Shown: positions 27,520 to 40,900, counted from the stretch's first letter. The stretch: DNA of 60,596 nucleotides from a virus (IMGVR_UViG_3300009183_000103:1-60596); one strand, 5' to 3'. Notes: generated by a model not told the origin, from the letters alone. Program-made: numbers and translations.

Positions 27520-28902
27520 TTAACTTTCTATTTGGAACCAGAAATCACCATCAAACGTTCCAGCATCATTTACACCTACTTGAGGTTCGGCTGTGCTGAC
27601 GATCTTAGCACTGCGATGTGCCGCGTTACCCCACCATTGTCCTGCTGTTCTTACATAACCTGTTGATGCTACTGAAGAATCACCCGATCCTCCTCGGTTA
27701 GCCGTAATAACGTTAGCTGTAGCACCGTTTTCTAAATAAACACCAGCACTGGTAGCTGTCATCACCGTGGATCCATCAATGACTAAGTTTGCAGATCCAG
27801 ATCCACTGTCATTGATCCACATCCAACTATTGTTTTGATAGATCTTGTATGGGAATAAGCCCGATAATCCTGATGATACAAATTCTGTAGTTGCAATCAT
27901 CGTATTACTTGTACCAGCTGGTGCTGTTACTGCTGTTGAAATGCCCCATAGGTTAGCATTGATAAATCTATTATCAACATATTGTTTAGTAGTAACGCCC
28001 AATACCGTTGTTGGATCAGCAGCAACTTCAACCGCACCCGTAACTGCATTGATGCTGAGATATTGTGTAGCAACACCTGCTGTTGTAGCTTTAACACTAA
28101 TGTTACCACCGTTGATATTGTTCGTAATAGTTAGCGCATTACCTGCTGTTGATAGTGTAGCAACTTGATAGTTACCAAGCGTGACCCCGCCATTGTTTAG
28201 GATTGTCAATGTGCCTGTGCCACTGTTGTTGATATTGTTTCGGAAATAATTGGCCGCTGGTTGTGTGCCTAGATAACTGGAATTATTAGCTGTACCGTAG
28301 ATAGTATAGGCACTGCTCATATTCCAACCAACTTGTATCGTAGAGAAACCTGTGATTGGTGTTGCTGGAGTAAATGCCACTGAACTGATTATCGCTGTGC
28401 GTGTTCCATTGAGGTATTGTGATACCACGTTAAATGTGGTTGTGCCATCACTGATCTGTTCCCAAAGTGCGCCACTCTTACCATAGACCACGCTGTAGCC
28501 TGGACCCACTAGGATCCACCCTGAGGCAGCATACGGTGTTGTACCATCATAGCAGTATAACTGTTTGTTGACACTATCCCACCATAGGTCACCAGCTACT
28601 GTTGAGCTCGGTGGCGAAGATTGGCTGGTGCAGCTACCTACGTTTTTCCATACAGAACTAGCTGTATAAACTTTTAGGGTTTTAGCATTGGTATCATACC
28701 ATAATTGACCTGTGTTAGGACTAGTTGGAGCCACGCTATAGGCAAAGTTTACCAGTAGATCTACTAGATCTTCTGCAATGATCTCACCATAGCCGCTATA
28801 GTTACGCCCTACCAGGGTCAAGCTAGAAGCAGTATTATTTACTGTGCCATCTAATATGGTGCACAGCACTGAGTTATCTGGTAAATTAATTGTATACGAC
28901 AT
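27520..28902 (-). CDS. Tail fibre protein (paralogue)
   Basis: LTLVGRNYSGYG, GQLWYD, TTKQYVD, IATTEFV, GDFWFQ. Confidence 0.75.
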   Translation of the reverse strand: MSYTINLPDNSVLCTILDGTVNNTASSLTLVGRNYSGYGEIIAEDLVDLLVNFAYSVAPTSPNTGQLWYDTNAKTLKVYTASSVWKNVGSCTSQSSPPSSTVAGDLWWDSVNKQLYCYDGTTPYAASGWILVGPGYSVVYGKSGALWEQISDGTTTFNVVSQYLNGTRTAIISSVAFTPATPITGFSTIQVGWNMSSAYTIYGTANNSSYLGTQPAANYFRNNINNSGTGTLTILNNGGVTLGNYQVATLSTAGNALTITNNINGGNISVKATTAGVATQYLSINAVTGAVEVAADPTTVLGVTTKQYVDNRFINANLWGISTAVTAPAGTSNTMIATTEFVSSGLSGLFPYKIYQNNSWMWINDSGSGSANLVIDGSTVMTATSAGVYLENGATANVITANRGGSGDSSVASTGYVRTAGQWWGNAAHRSAKIVSTAEPQVGVNDAGTFDGDFWFQIES

Positions 28903-28917
28903 GTTCTATTATCCTAA

Positions 28918-29586
28918 TTATGCTGTCAAGTTTGTTAGCGTTTGAACTCTCACTGTATATTCTATTTGAATAAGCCTATTCAGTGCCTTCTGCACTGGGC
29001 TAAAAATCACGTGTGTCAGTAATGGTAATCCTGCACCCAATCCTGATTCACCCTCTAAGTAACCAAATAATCCCAATTCGTCAAATACGAAATCCCCATT
29101 GAGCGTTTGGCTGTTGTCAAATACTGCCTGTCCACTAGGTTCACCGTAGTCAAGTAAACAACTTACTACTATATCTGTATATTTTAAACCTGGAGTGTGG
29201 TTAACTATCATTTTATTATTTACTGGGTCAGTATTAGCTGAATTAGTATCGTCTACGATTTTAAAATATGTAGGATTATATAGGTCAGCGTTAGCTACAT
29301 TAGTATTTGTAGGCAAGTATGTGATAACACCTGTAGGGTCAACAGTGGTTCCACCGTTGCCAAAGTGCATTTCGCTGATAAATTTAACACCACTACCTGT
29401 GTAGTTTTTATTAGCCACAGAATTAGCTAGGGCATAACTAAAATTTTCATAGTGAATAGCATTACGCTTGTCCACAAAAACTTCTTTGGTTACAGGATCA
29501 AATATCTTGATATGTCCCTGTAGGTGTATACCACCTCGCTCATCCGGCTGTTTTTTTGGTTGATTATCTTGTGTATTAGTAGTCAT
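28918..29586 (-). CDS. Baseplate/tail structural protein
   Basis: GHIKIFD...KRNAIH, FGNGG, FDELGL, LLTHVIF, IEYTVRV; start moved to ATG 29586 behind the late motif. Confidence 0.7.
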   Translation of the reverse strand: MTTNTQDNQPKKQPDERGGIHLQGHIKIFDPVTKEVFVDKRNAIHYENFSYALANSVANKNYTGSGVKFISEMHFGNGGTTVDPTGVITYLPTNTNVANADLYNPTYFKIVDDTNSANTDPVNNKMIVNHTPGLKYTDIVVSCLLDYGEPSGQAVFDNSQTLNGDFVFDELGLFGYLEGESGLGAGLPLLTHVIFSPVQKALNRLIQIEYTVRVQTLTNLTA

Positions 29587-29591
29587 ATTCT

Positions 29592-29599
29592 TATTTATC
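29592..29599 (-). promoter_or_regulatory. Putative late promoter GATAAATA
   Basis: Lies 5 nt before ATG 29586. Confidence 0.7.
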
Positions 29600-29622
29600 G
29601 CTTTATTATCCATGGAATTTTC

Positions 29623-31932
29623 TTACCATATCGCTAAATTAGCGCGACGCCATGTATTATTAGCAATACACACATAAACATAACTGCTGTCGTAGCTGAT
29701 TTGTCCGGTAGTTCCTACTGAGTTATTAGCTGCTGGAACATAAACATTGCAGACAATTAAATTGCCGCAAATGGTTACATTTGAATTACTAAACGTAGTA
29801 ATTACATTTCCAGCTAATGTTCCACCAACGTGGACTTTAACTGTGGTATTGGGTGTATCTGTTCCTAGGGTTAAGTTTCCTGAATTGATGTAAACATATC
29901 CGTCATTTTTACCGCTGATCGTCCAGGCGCTAGATACAAAATTATTACCATTTATGCCCATGTCAATATATTTGCTAGTGTCTGTGCCGTTGGGGGCTGT
30001 GGCAATAAAGTCTGCGCTTACTAGATTACCAAAACTGTTAATATTTTGTACGTTTAATTGTATATAACTGTTAGCATCGTTAATAGCATTGACTATTATA
30101 TTACCATATGAGATTTGACTAGGGAATCCAATGTTGGCAACTCCAAATACTGTTAAGTTTCCATTGACTGTCGTGGCTCCAATATTACCATTATACGTTG
30201 GTAGATATGAAGTTACTTGAACGTTACTATAATTAGTACCAGCAGTGGTTTGTAGAGTATTATCCGGGAATGTCACGCTGCCGTTGCTGTTAAAGTTCCA
30301 CGCTGTAGAGCCAGCATTGGCCGCTAGTCTTACAGCTTTGCCACTCTCTGCTCCTATGTATAAGTTACCACTGCTTAATGTATTGATCTCTCCGGCTGGT
30401 AGTGTTAAGTTACCACTGGCATTAAATATCCATTGTTGAGAAACATTACCATCACTGTTGGTTTCTAATACTACATTATCACTAGCATAAACTGCGGCAT
30501 TACCTGCGTCTGTTAAATATATGCTGGTAGCATCGCTGTTAACGTTGCTGGTAAAAACTGCTGTGTTTGCGTCTTCATTATAGATCGCTGTATTATCAGG
30601 TAAGGCGATATTACCATCAATGAATAGTTCGCCGGTTGGACTAGAAATAGTGTCTGTTGATAAAGGAGCAAGATTACCAAATGCTACCAATGTATTGGCA
30701 ACAAAGTTTGGAGTTACGTTTTGTAATGGTGTGCAAGAAACGTTACCAGATGTCACACCTGTGACCGAGCCTATTGGATACGCTCCCCAATAGATCTGCA
30801 TACCCACTTCAACTCCGGTGGTATCGGCTACATAGAACCATGTAATTCCGCTTGGGTTGAATCCCCAATATTGGCTTCCGACTATGGTGGTTGTTGTTGC
30901 TTCACTGAATGTAATACTGCCATCTGCACCGTATAATTCTGTAGCACCTAATCCAACAGTGTCAGTAGTAACTCCATAAACATCAATATTACCAGCTGAT
31001 ATATCACCATTGACATCAATAGTTGTATCACCAGGGAATGTTGTAGTGCCGTCTGTGTCAAATGTCCAGGTACCTGCACCTGCGTATACGCTAGCATTGC
31101 CACCATCAGTTAAAGACAATCTTGTAGTTTCGGCAATGATATTACTTGTAAAGACTGCTGTGCTTGAATCTTCATTGTAGATTGCTGTGCTGTCAGGTAA
31201 TAATATACTACCTGGGGTGGTTAATTCTCCTTCCGCTCCAAATCTCCATGCAGTGTTGCCAACATAGATCGCTGGCGGAGGAGCACCTATGATTTCAGTG
31301 ACTCTAATTGTAGCATTACTTACAGGAAATCCATTACCCGGATTAGGAACATTATCGTTAACAACCGTTATAAGATCACCCACATGGAATGCGTTACCAG
31401 AGTCAACTATGGCCACACTTGTGATTGACCTATCTGGTGGTTGACTAACGGATTGAGCACTAACGGTACAATAAGCTCCATTTACTTGATTAATACCTAG
31501 TAGAAAGGTTGGGCCTGCAATAAATCCTTGACCACCAGCGACCACTGATGCACTGCTGATTCCCCCTACTGCACCACTTAAACTAACCGCGCGACCACTG
31601 ACATTACCAGTATAGGTATCTAACCCAGTTGTGCCTACATTAGCACCAGCAAAAGTTAGTCGTCCGCCTGCTGTGGCTAACGCAACACCACCAATATAAA
31701 TCGTTGTATTGCTGATCCAAAGATCTTTCCACCATGTAGTAGAGTTACCAAGGCTATAAGTATTGCTGGCTAACGGAATAACGTTACCGGCTTGTCCTAA
31801 GATATAATTTTGTAGTTGATCAACGTTGGCTTTTACGGTTGTTGGTGTGCCCGTGATGTTGCTGACTATAGGTAACAGGACATTACCCTGTACCGCAGCT
31901 ACATTTCCAAGTTGGCTAATCTTAATTGTCAT
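29623..31932 (-). CDS. Mosaic tail fibre/adhesin-like protein with internal repeats
   Basis: MTIKISQL N-terminus; repeated WxFxxxGxxTxP units; duplicated LPDxTAIYNEDxxTAVFTSN; C-terminal GQISYDSSYVYVCIANNTWRR. Confidence 0.75.
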   Translation of the reverse strand: MTIKISQLGNVAAVQGNVLLPIVSNITGTPTTVKANVDQLQNYILGQAGNVIPLASNTYSLGNSTTWWKDLWISNTTIYIGGVALATAGGRLTFAGANVGTTGLDTYTGNVSGRAVSLSGAVGGISSASVVAGGQGFIAGPTFLLGINQVNGAYCTVSAQSVSQPPDRSITSVAIVDSGNAFHVGDLITVVNDNVPNPGNGFPVSNATIRVTEIIGAPPPAIYVGNTAWRFGAEGELTTPGSILLPDSTAIYNEDSSTAVFTSNIIAETTRLSLTDGGNASVYAGAGTWTFDTDGTTTFPGDTTIDVNGDISAGNIDVYGVTTDTVGLGATELYGADGSITFSEATTTTIVGSQYWGFNPSGITWFYVADTTGVEVGMQIYWGAYPIGSVTGVTSGNVSCTPLQNVTPNFVANTLVAFGNLAPLSTDTISSPTGELFIDGNIALPDNTAIYNEDANTAVFTSNVNSDATSIYLTDAGNAAVYASDNVVLETNSDGNVSQQWIFNASGNLTLPAGEINTLSSGNLYIGAESGKAVRLAANAGSTAWNFNSNGSVTFPDNTLQTTAGTNYSNVQVTSYLPTYNGNIGATTVNGNLTVFGVANIGFPSQISYGNIIVNAINDANSYIQLNVQNINSFGNLVSADFIATAPNGTDTSKYIDMGINGNNFVSSAWTISGKNDGYVYINSGNLTLGTDTPNTTVKVHVGGTLAGNVITTFSNSNVTICGNLIVCNVYVPAANNSVGTTGQISYDSSYVYVCIANNTWRRANLAIW

Positions 31933-31934
31933 TG

Positions 31935-34900
31935 TTATTCCTCAGTGTAAATTGCTACATTGCCTTCAGTGTTTATCGTATTTATCGCATCTTCAGTGAT
32001 GAGTTCGTTCGGTACTCCAGGAATAATGCCATTGACTATTGGGAATTGTTTCAAGAACAATGTTGCTGGTGTAGTAGATCCTCCCATTCCGGTGCCGTCT
32101 AAAGCAGTTCCGGTTCCTGCGTTATAGAATACGTTAGCATTATATAATAGGTTACCGACTGTGGTATTACCTAATATAGTATTAGGTATGATTTGATTCT
32201 GTCCAGCATCTATTACATTTTCGCCTGCTGAATGTGTAAAGTAAGCACCGGTTCCTTGTGTTCCTCTACGTAGTTGTCCTAAGACGTGTCGTCCTGGCAA
32301 CACTGAAACATTAGCATAGCTAAATGTGCTTGCATATACATTACCTGTAGTTAAGAAATCAACACCGTCATAGGTAATTGCTGACCCAACTGCATACATT
32401 GTGTTAGCTGTCCATAATGCAGGAGTGTATACAGTCTTGGTATAGAACGTGATACGTTCGCCGTTGATGAATATTGCACCCGGACGAGCATATAATGTGC
32501 TAGGGCTACTTAACCCTGATGAATCAGCTACATAGATATTAGCATCTGTCAGATACAATGTCTGAGTTAATATAGTGGTGTTAGCTGTAGAAATTCTCAG
32601 ATAACTAGCTTCATCTGTCATGTTATCAAATATACGATAAGCTACTACATTAGCGTTACCATCGATCTGAGTATAGATACGCATATCTAAGGTATCATAG
32701 GTTCTACCCGGAACTAGTTCTTCCGGAGCATGACTATTAACTGGATCAACGAATGCACCACCATAGGTAACGATATCTTGTGGCGCTGTTCCTAGGCTTA
32801 GTTGGCTAAACAAGCTATACATAGCTACATCAACTGAACGTGTAGATAGTAATGCTATACCATCTGTGCTGTATTGGACAGCGTCATATGATGCTATATC
32901 ATATCTACGACCATACAGTGGGCTTAATGTAAAGTCTGCACCTTGCACCGGTAGTGCTGGGTAATCAATACCAGGAACTAATTGATCTAGACTATTGTAA
33001 GTTGCAGTAATAGTATCATCTGTAGTTAAGTTAATATTAACTGACAGAGTTACCTGTGTTACTTTGATTGGTATACCGCCGTAACTGAATGGTACTAGGT
33101 TAGCTGTGACTGTGGATTGGGCATCTAAATTAATACTGTGAGCAAACCAGCTGTTAGTTTCAACTGAAGCTTCAAATGGAATACCTATTCCACTAACATA
33201 TTCGCCTTTAGCATATAGGTTGTTAATAAATCTGCCAGGCTTTGGTGAAGATTCAAGTGCAGGACTGATATTACCTACGATACCTGAAATAACACTGCTG
33301 CCGTTGGCAATATTACCAACAATAGTGCCTCGACTGTTGATCATTATAGTCACATCAGCAACCACATTAGCTACATAGCATGATGGTACATTACCAGTGA
33401 TTTCATTTCCAGTGATATACATGCCCGGGATTAATGTAGGGGCATTGAATACATAGATAGTATTAGTATTGGTCGCAGAATTAGCTAGTGTTAATGGAAT
33501 TGATATCACATCAATGGCCGGCATCACGTCAGTTGGTTCATAGTAACCAATAATGCGATCGTTGGCATTAGTAAATAAATTAGCTGTGTATTCAGTATAG
33601 TTATTTGGAATAAAACTACTACCAGTTGTAATATTACTATTAACGGTGTAGGCTTTACGGATCATCACATTACCATCTGGGAATGCATAACTAACTATCT
33701 GACCTGCGGTATACGTTGTGTTACTTGCCCAGCGTGTAACCGTAGTATCATAGCTAATACGATCAAATTTTATCTTAGTGTCAAAGCTACGAGCAAACGG
33801 GCTCTTCATCACTGCATAGGCATTAGCCCTGCTGGTGTTGCTACCGTTGATAATTACTGCCGGAGTTGTAGTATACCCACTACCTGCGTTGGTTAGTGTA
33901 ATTGCTGTTATAGCACCAATGTTTCCATCAATAGTTGCTACCGCTGTAGCACCAGACCCATTACCGTCTACACTAGTAATAGTCACTGAGGGCGGAGTTT
34001 GATAGTTAGCACCCGGCGATGATATCTGTATGCTTGACACTATAAGATTCCTATTTGCATACCATTGATTATACGGGAATGTCTGCCAAGTAGCAGAGTC
34101 TTCCTCAACATAAGGATTTTCACCACTCGGACTACGGAATATACCGTAACCAGTTGATGTGTCATAATACGCCGGAAGATCAAAGTCAGTGATACTACCT
34201 TCAAATACGTCATCACCTGTATAGTTAATCAGATATTCACGTATCTTAGTCCTATAGGGCTTAATCTCATCGATGTAATCTTCATAGTATGTTTGATTAT
34301 CAACCACATAGCTTGGGTATTGTGCTAATGATCTTAATTTGTGTGTGACGCTGATAAAGCTAGATTTAAACAACCAGTCAACATAGTTTTGTTCTGTTAA
34401 TAGATAGTTGATCAAGATAAAAAACAGATTATTAAATTCTCCCTGCAACGTATTAGTAAATATGGTATCATTTAATGTAGATACGATAGCACGTATTTCG
34501 TCATTGGGATTTTGATCGAATCTGTTGCTGTCAAAATCCTGATTACCAAATCCAAGCCCGTTACCAGCAAAATCACCCAATGATGTGGATAGCTGTATAG
34601 TACCGTTTTGTATACCCACAACCTGTAATGATCCATCATTCTGTACCACTACTAATTGCCAGGTACCTGCGCCAGTAGCATTGCTGATGTAGATGATTAT
34701 ACCTTCAGTGGCTTGTAATTTTAGCGCATCATTGGTAGTCGCCACGCTGAAGTCTGGTTTAGTTGCTGAGCTATATCCGTCAGCATACCAATCAATGTAG
34801 ATCCAGTATTGATTGGTCTTGTATGATTGTACCCGTGCAATACTCCATGCTTTATCAACAGTTAATTCATATAATACCCAAAGACCATTCTGAGTAGTAT

Positions 34901-37900
34901 CGCTAGTGACTAATACTAGATATCCAGGATCAAGAGGATCTGTGTCTATGTAATATAATTCAGTATCAGTGGTCACACTCTGATCATACTCACCTAGTTT
35001 AAAATTAGGCTGTGGATCTTCTGCATTTAATCCGCTCAGATCAAATTGTTCAGTGATAGCATTGACAGCAAAAATTTTATTGACGTATGCGATCATTTCA
35101 TCAACAGCACGGAGCCTGTCTATAAACATGCTTTGTCTTGGTCGGACGCTGATACCATAACGATCAGCAGTACTGAGTGTTGGATCAGGTACAGTCCTAC
35201 CTGATTGATCAAGACCAGATAAGCTGTCGATTAATTTATTAACTATTTTGGCAGGTATTTGATTCGCTGGGTTGCCTTTCTGTACCAATTCGTATTCGCT
35301 ATGGATGATATCAGTATTGATCGTCAATTGATGATCTAAGTGCATGATTGTATTATCAGCACTTAGGTACTCGCTGACATTATAGAATGCGATCGCGTCG
35401 CTGCGAATCATCGCAGCGAATCCGATATCCTGATTCTTAGGATTTAAAATATAGTCTTGGACAGCACTAACAGGTATATTCCTACTAGGGTCATTGGGAT
35501 CGACAGTGGTTTTATCTTTAACCCAATAGTAATAACGATTGGTAATAATACCAGTAACTGGATCAACAAATATTTCTTCTACGTAGGCACTGTCATCAGC
35601 ATATTTGGGCACGCCACTGCCTGTATATTGACTAGGAACCACATTGCTTTGAACCCATTCTAACACTTCGATCGTTGATCCTGGAAATAGTTGTCCCCAA
35701 TACAGTGAACGATAAGTTAAGGTATCTTGTTCGTAGTCTATATATCGGACACTGCTGAGATTCCACCACACTTTACCAATCTGTAGGTCTCCCCAATAGA
35801 CACTTTGATTAATATCTGCTTTGGGATTGAATCCTCTATTATAGATAGCAGGATCATATTCTGTCTTGAAAGAAATTTCCTGTTCAGCTTGTCCTAAGAT
35901 GCGACCTTTAGCAGGATCAATAAACTGTAGATCATACTTGATTAAATTAGTAGTATTATCATATAAGAATGCACGTGTAAGACTGTCGATGTCTACTTTA
36001 TCTCGTTGCCAACGGATCAACTGCCATCCTCGTGTCATTGTTGGATTAGAAAATATATAAACAGTTCCCGATCTCTCTGGAGCTCCATCGACTGTGGAAG
36101 CCGGAGCACTGACTGTGATATATGTTCCTTCAATATCTAAACTGTAACCAAACCCGGCACCCGGAATAAGATCATCGGGGTTAAGTTGCTGTGCATAAGC
36201 GTAACGTCCCGGATGTTCAACTTCATTACGTGGATCGTCATATAATTCGTAGATATAAACACTACCACTACCTTGAATACTGTCATATAATCTTGTAGTA
36301 GATTGGTCTAATGTAGTGCCTTTTGGTGTTGTGGTTACGTCAAACGTAGTGAAATCTTTGGTAGTGCCGCGGGCACTACCAATTACTAACATATAAGCAT
36401 TAGCAGCCAATTTAACCTTATTACCAAAATATTCCCCCGGAAGGCCAAACGGATTGACGATGATCTGCATGAATGCAAATATGATCAAATCAGCATCGGC
36501 ATACACACCTGGGCTGTTAGGTTGATTAGCGCCTGACAGGATACGTAGCAAGTTTTTAGCTACTGTACTGTCGGAGTCAAATCTCAATGTTCCTGCACTA
36601 TTGCTTGCTGTAATACCTAGTAGATTAGCATCATTGACATCTTTAACAAAACTATCTAAGCTGGCTCTTAACTGTGCAGTGGTTGTTGTACCATTGACAC
36701 TGACAACATTACCTGATGACCAACTAAACACATTAGCATTGTCGTTATAGTCACCAACTGTGATATATCTACTACCTGTCACGGGCGTATCAACTAACAC
36801 CGTTACATTAGCTACACCAGTAGAGGATACAGTCTGTGTGATATAATCGCCTATATTGGCTCGGACATTGGCACTTAATGTTATAATATTACCAACAGTA
36901 GCAGGCATCCAACGACCACTAACAGTGATCTCAAAGTTGTCTAAGCGTATCTTGTCGCCTGGCATAAACACTGGATTTATTGTATAGCCAGTGTTGGTAC
37001 CATATAGTCGACCTCTATTATGGAATTTCCATACAGCACCTGAGTTATATTCTGTACCATTGTCATAGTTAGGTGCGCCAATATAGATCGCACAGTTGTT
37101 TGAACAGATCGTCAGGCTGGTACCAAATGCCGCATTTGATTGGATAGCTTTTAATCCACCACTTAAACTATCTACACCAATTAATCGTTCTAGTAGTGCG
37201 AACTGATTAACTTCAATATATAACACGCGACCAATCGGGGGTGGAGTGATAAAACGTATCCTATTACTGCTTACTATGATATAGTTGTTTACTTCAACAT
37301 TATCTAACAAGACCTTATAAACTAATGCTATGGAATTTTGTGTGATATAATCCTGACCACCAGATCCTGGGACGGCATCTATTACTGTGTTAAACGCTTC
37401 AATCACTCGATCGTATACGTAAACAGCTCCTGCACCAATTTTAAGTTCGCCGCCGGAGCCAACGATATTATCATTGGGTGTGCCAACTGCTAGTTGTGCG
37501 CCATCAAAACTGCTTGACAATGCAAAGCCAAATTGTGCTCCAATGTTGCTGGTTGGTAATGTTAATGTTTTTAACCATTGGTAATAAGGTTTTTGTTTAA
37601 TGCTAATAGTACCAGTATCAAGTTTTTGCGGGTTTGCGATATTACCATTATTAACAAAATTAATTGTGGTTCCATTTAGATAATAATCAATGTTTGGAAT
37701 AAATGTTTTAGTTCCTGTTGTAATTAACAACGAGCTAGGGTCGCCCACAGGACCAGTAACCGCCGGAGTAAATGATGTAACGGAAATATTACTGGTTACC
37801 GCATAGCTATTTGAAGTTAACGGATAAGCTGCCACATTAGACAAGAAGCTGCCGGTGGTAATACTGATATCGGTTGAATACACCGTTGTTACATTGCCAA

Positions 37901-40900
37901 CAGTTATGCTTAAATTAGGTGCATAAACAAAATTAGTTAAATTATCAACCTGATAGGTGCTGGCATTCTCAACCCAGGTAATCCTAGCAGTAGCACCAGT
38001 TATCGCCTGTGTAATTATATCACCAACGTTGGCTGTGGTACCTAATGCTGAACTCAGTGTCAGTGTATATAAACTGTTAATAGATGTGATCTGTTCTTCA
38101 ACAGGGATAAATCTATTCAATCCGTAGACATGCACATTACCTGATGATACAGCAGCATTACCGGGAGCCCCGACATATAACCAATCGCCTGTTTGACTGA
38201 ATGCTAGGCTGTAGCCAAATTTTCCTTCTGAACCTATGTTGCCTACTAAAATTTGACTGCGATTAAAGGCTGTGGCAAATTCTGATTTATTGTAGATATA
38301 AACATAACCAACATTACCATAACTTGCAGGTGCGCCAACAGCTAATACGCTGTTTGATGCTGGATCAATACCTATTTCTACTGCATGACCAAATGCATGA
38401 GTGTTTGCGCTCAATGGACTGATGCTGAAGCTTTCTTGGAACACTCCAGCATAATCTCTTAGGAACGTATTAACTATGCCAACGTTGCTATTAGCGTTGG
38501 GGCTACCAGTAACAACTATCAGTCCATCGGCGGACATCTTAACGCTAGAGCCGTAACCATCGTTGGTCGCATATTCACCTATGTTTTTGGTTAGCTGTTG
38601 ATCTACTGTCCACGGTGCTTGTTTTTCATAGACTTTCCAGGTATTAGTAGGGCTATAAGGTTGTCCTTGAACTGGTGTTGTTTCTGCATCATCATCGATC
38701 CAGATCTTGTCACCCACTTTCCATCCATTTGGTGGATTTAATAGTCCATAGATACGTGCATCTTCCATGTATAGAAAACGCATACTATCCATGCGGAATA
38801 ATATACCTTGACCCTCTTCTGTGGTTAGATTTGATAGATTAGCTGGATCACCTGCATAGTCTACTAGTATGCTAGTTTGACTAACAACTTTGAATACTTG
38901 ATAAAATCCATTGAATCCATCAATGAAGTCTTTGACAAGGAACACGCTACCAACTACAAACTTATGTGGTTTTTCTGTGGTAAATGTCACACGATTGTTT
39001 AATGAGTTTGCGATACCGATAACAAAATTATTAGTTTCTGTTACGCGATAAACGTTCCAATCTTGGCTAAAGTCTTTAGCACACCATATGATATATCCAC
39101 TACCCATGTTGGCAATTTGTCCATCTAGATCAACATAATTAGCGAGATCGTAGATAGTTGTATCTATATCATCAATGTTAACGTATCCTGCTGTAGGTAT
39201 ATCATTGTCATAATCACTAGATGCTGATCGATTGAGAGCAATATTACCCGTATAGATTCCATCTGATTTGTACAGTTGTGATTTATTAAATACCGTAATG
39301 CCGTCTGCCAGATTATTATCTGCTTCACCTACGAATTGTGCAATACTTGGATTAACACCAAACGCACTTTCATTTAACGGAATTTCTATAAATGGATTAG
39401 TATCTAATGCGCCATACTCGCCAACACGCATAGCCCATTCTTCATAGAAGTTGATATCACTGCTTAGATTATTAAACGTTGCTTTGAGCATCTGATTAAC
39501 AGCATTAGCAGTGCCTTTCTGTGCGATGAACCCTTTGTAGAATTCTATCTGTGTAGTTTCAGTTACACCGAGATCGCTGAGATATCGTCTAGGTTTAAAC
39601 CCAATTAGTGCATGGCTATAATTTATCTGATCTTGATCTTTAACCTTAGCATATGAATCATAATATCCTTGGCTCTGCACTGCTAGCGTTGAGAAATTTG
39701 ATAGCAGTCCTTTTTGTATCTGATTTTGGTCAATCTGTTGCCAGTATTGGAATTCAAATGTGTTGCTAGCCACTACATCTTGTAATGCTGTATAATATTG
39801 ACTCTTATATTTTACTAGGTCGCCTTTGAGATAATCTTTACCTTGTCTCCAATCATTGACAACTCCATTGAAGTATACAAAACCTGGAGCAGTGAGACTA
39901 CCATCCCAGGCGCCAGTTTTTTGACCAATTAGTTTTAATCTATATTGTCTATTGCCGCTTTCTGGTTGATAGATAACATCATTAAACACCGTAGTGTTGT
40001 CAAAGATTAGTGCGTGTTCATACTGGACTAAATCTACTTCTACATAGGCGATCACTGATGCAGCATCTGTTAAGGATAATTTGAAACTGCTAGGTGTTCT
40101 AAGAACACTATAGTTATTATTCCTAACTAGATTAAAGTTTTGGTCTAAGACTTTGCTACCATATTGGCTGTCATCCAGACCATCGGTGATAGCACCTATT
40201 GTTATAGCATTTAATGTTTCTGCTACCGGACTTAATACGATAATACTGCCAGAACGCCATCCTTGCTGTGCCCAGTATAAAAATTCTTTTACTGATAGTT
40301 TCCAGTTGCGCATTTCATTTAGCTGAGAATCCATATCAGTAAATGTCCAACCTTGCGATATTAGATAACGCTCATAGCCAACTAAGAAATCTGCAACCTG
40401 TTGCTGAGTGATAAATTCGTATCCATATGGAATATTAAGTTTTAGAGATTGATAATTATTATAAATTACCGCACTGCTGTTTAATACTGTAATCTTATAG
40501 GCGTTGCTATTGACTACACTAGGAATGATAGTAAAGAAACTATTGAATAGATCATATCCTCTGACAGTCCAACCATTATTAGTTTTCTCAACAATAACTG
40601 CACTATAGATTAATTTGTCTACAGGAATAGGATTTTCGTTTAAGAAAATACTATAGTTTTCGTTAGGTAACAAGATGCTGTCATTGGTGCTAGTAGGGCT
40701 AACTTGTTCTGCTAGAATCTCCAGATATTTTTGATCAGTAAATCCAGCTGCTTTATAGGCTAGATTAACTTGATATTTTTTTAACAACGGTAAGATATAC
40801 GTTGAAGGACTTATACCCTGGCTGATTAGATAATCCGCTATCCAATTGATATAACCAGCACCTCTATATATCGTTCCAGCTGTAGTATCACCGTTAAAAT

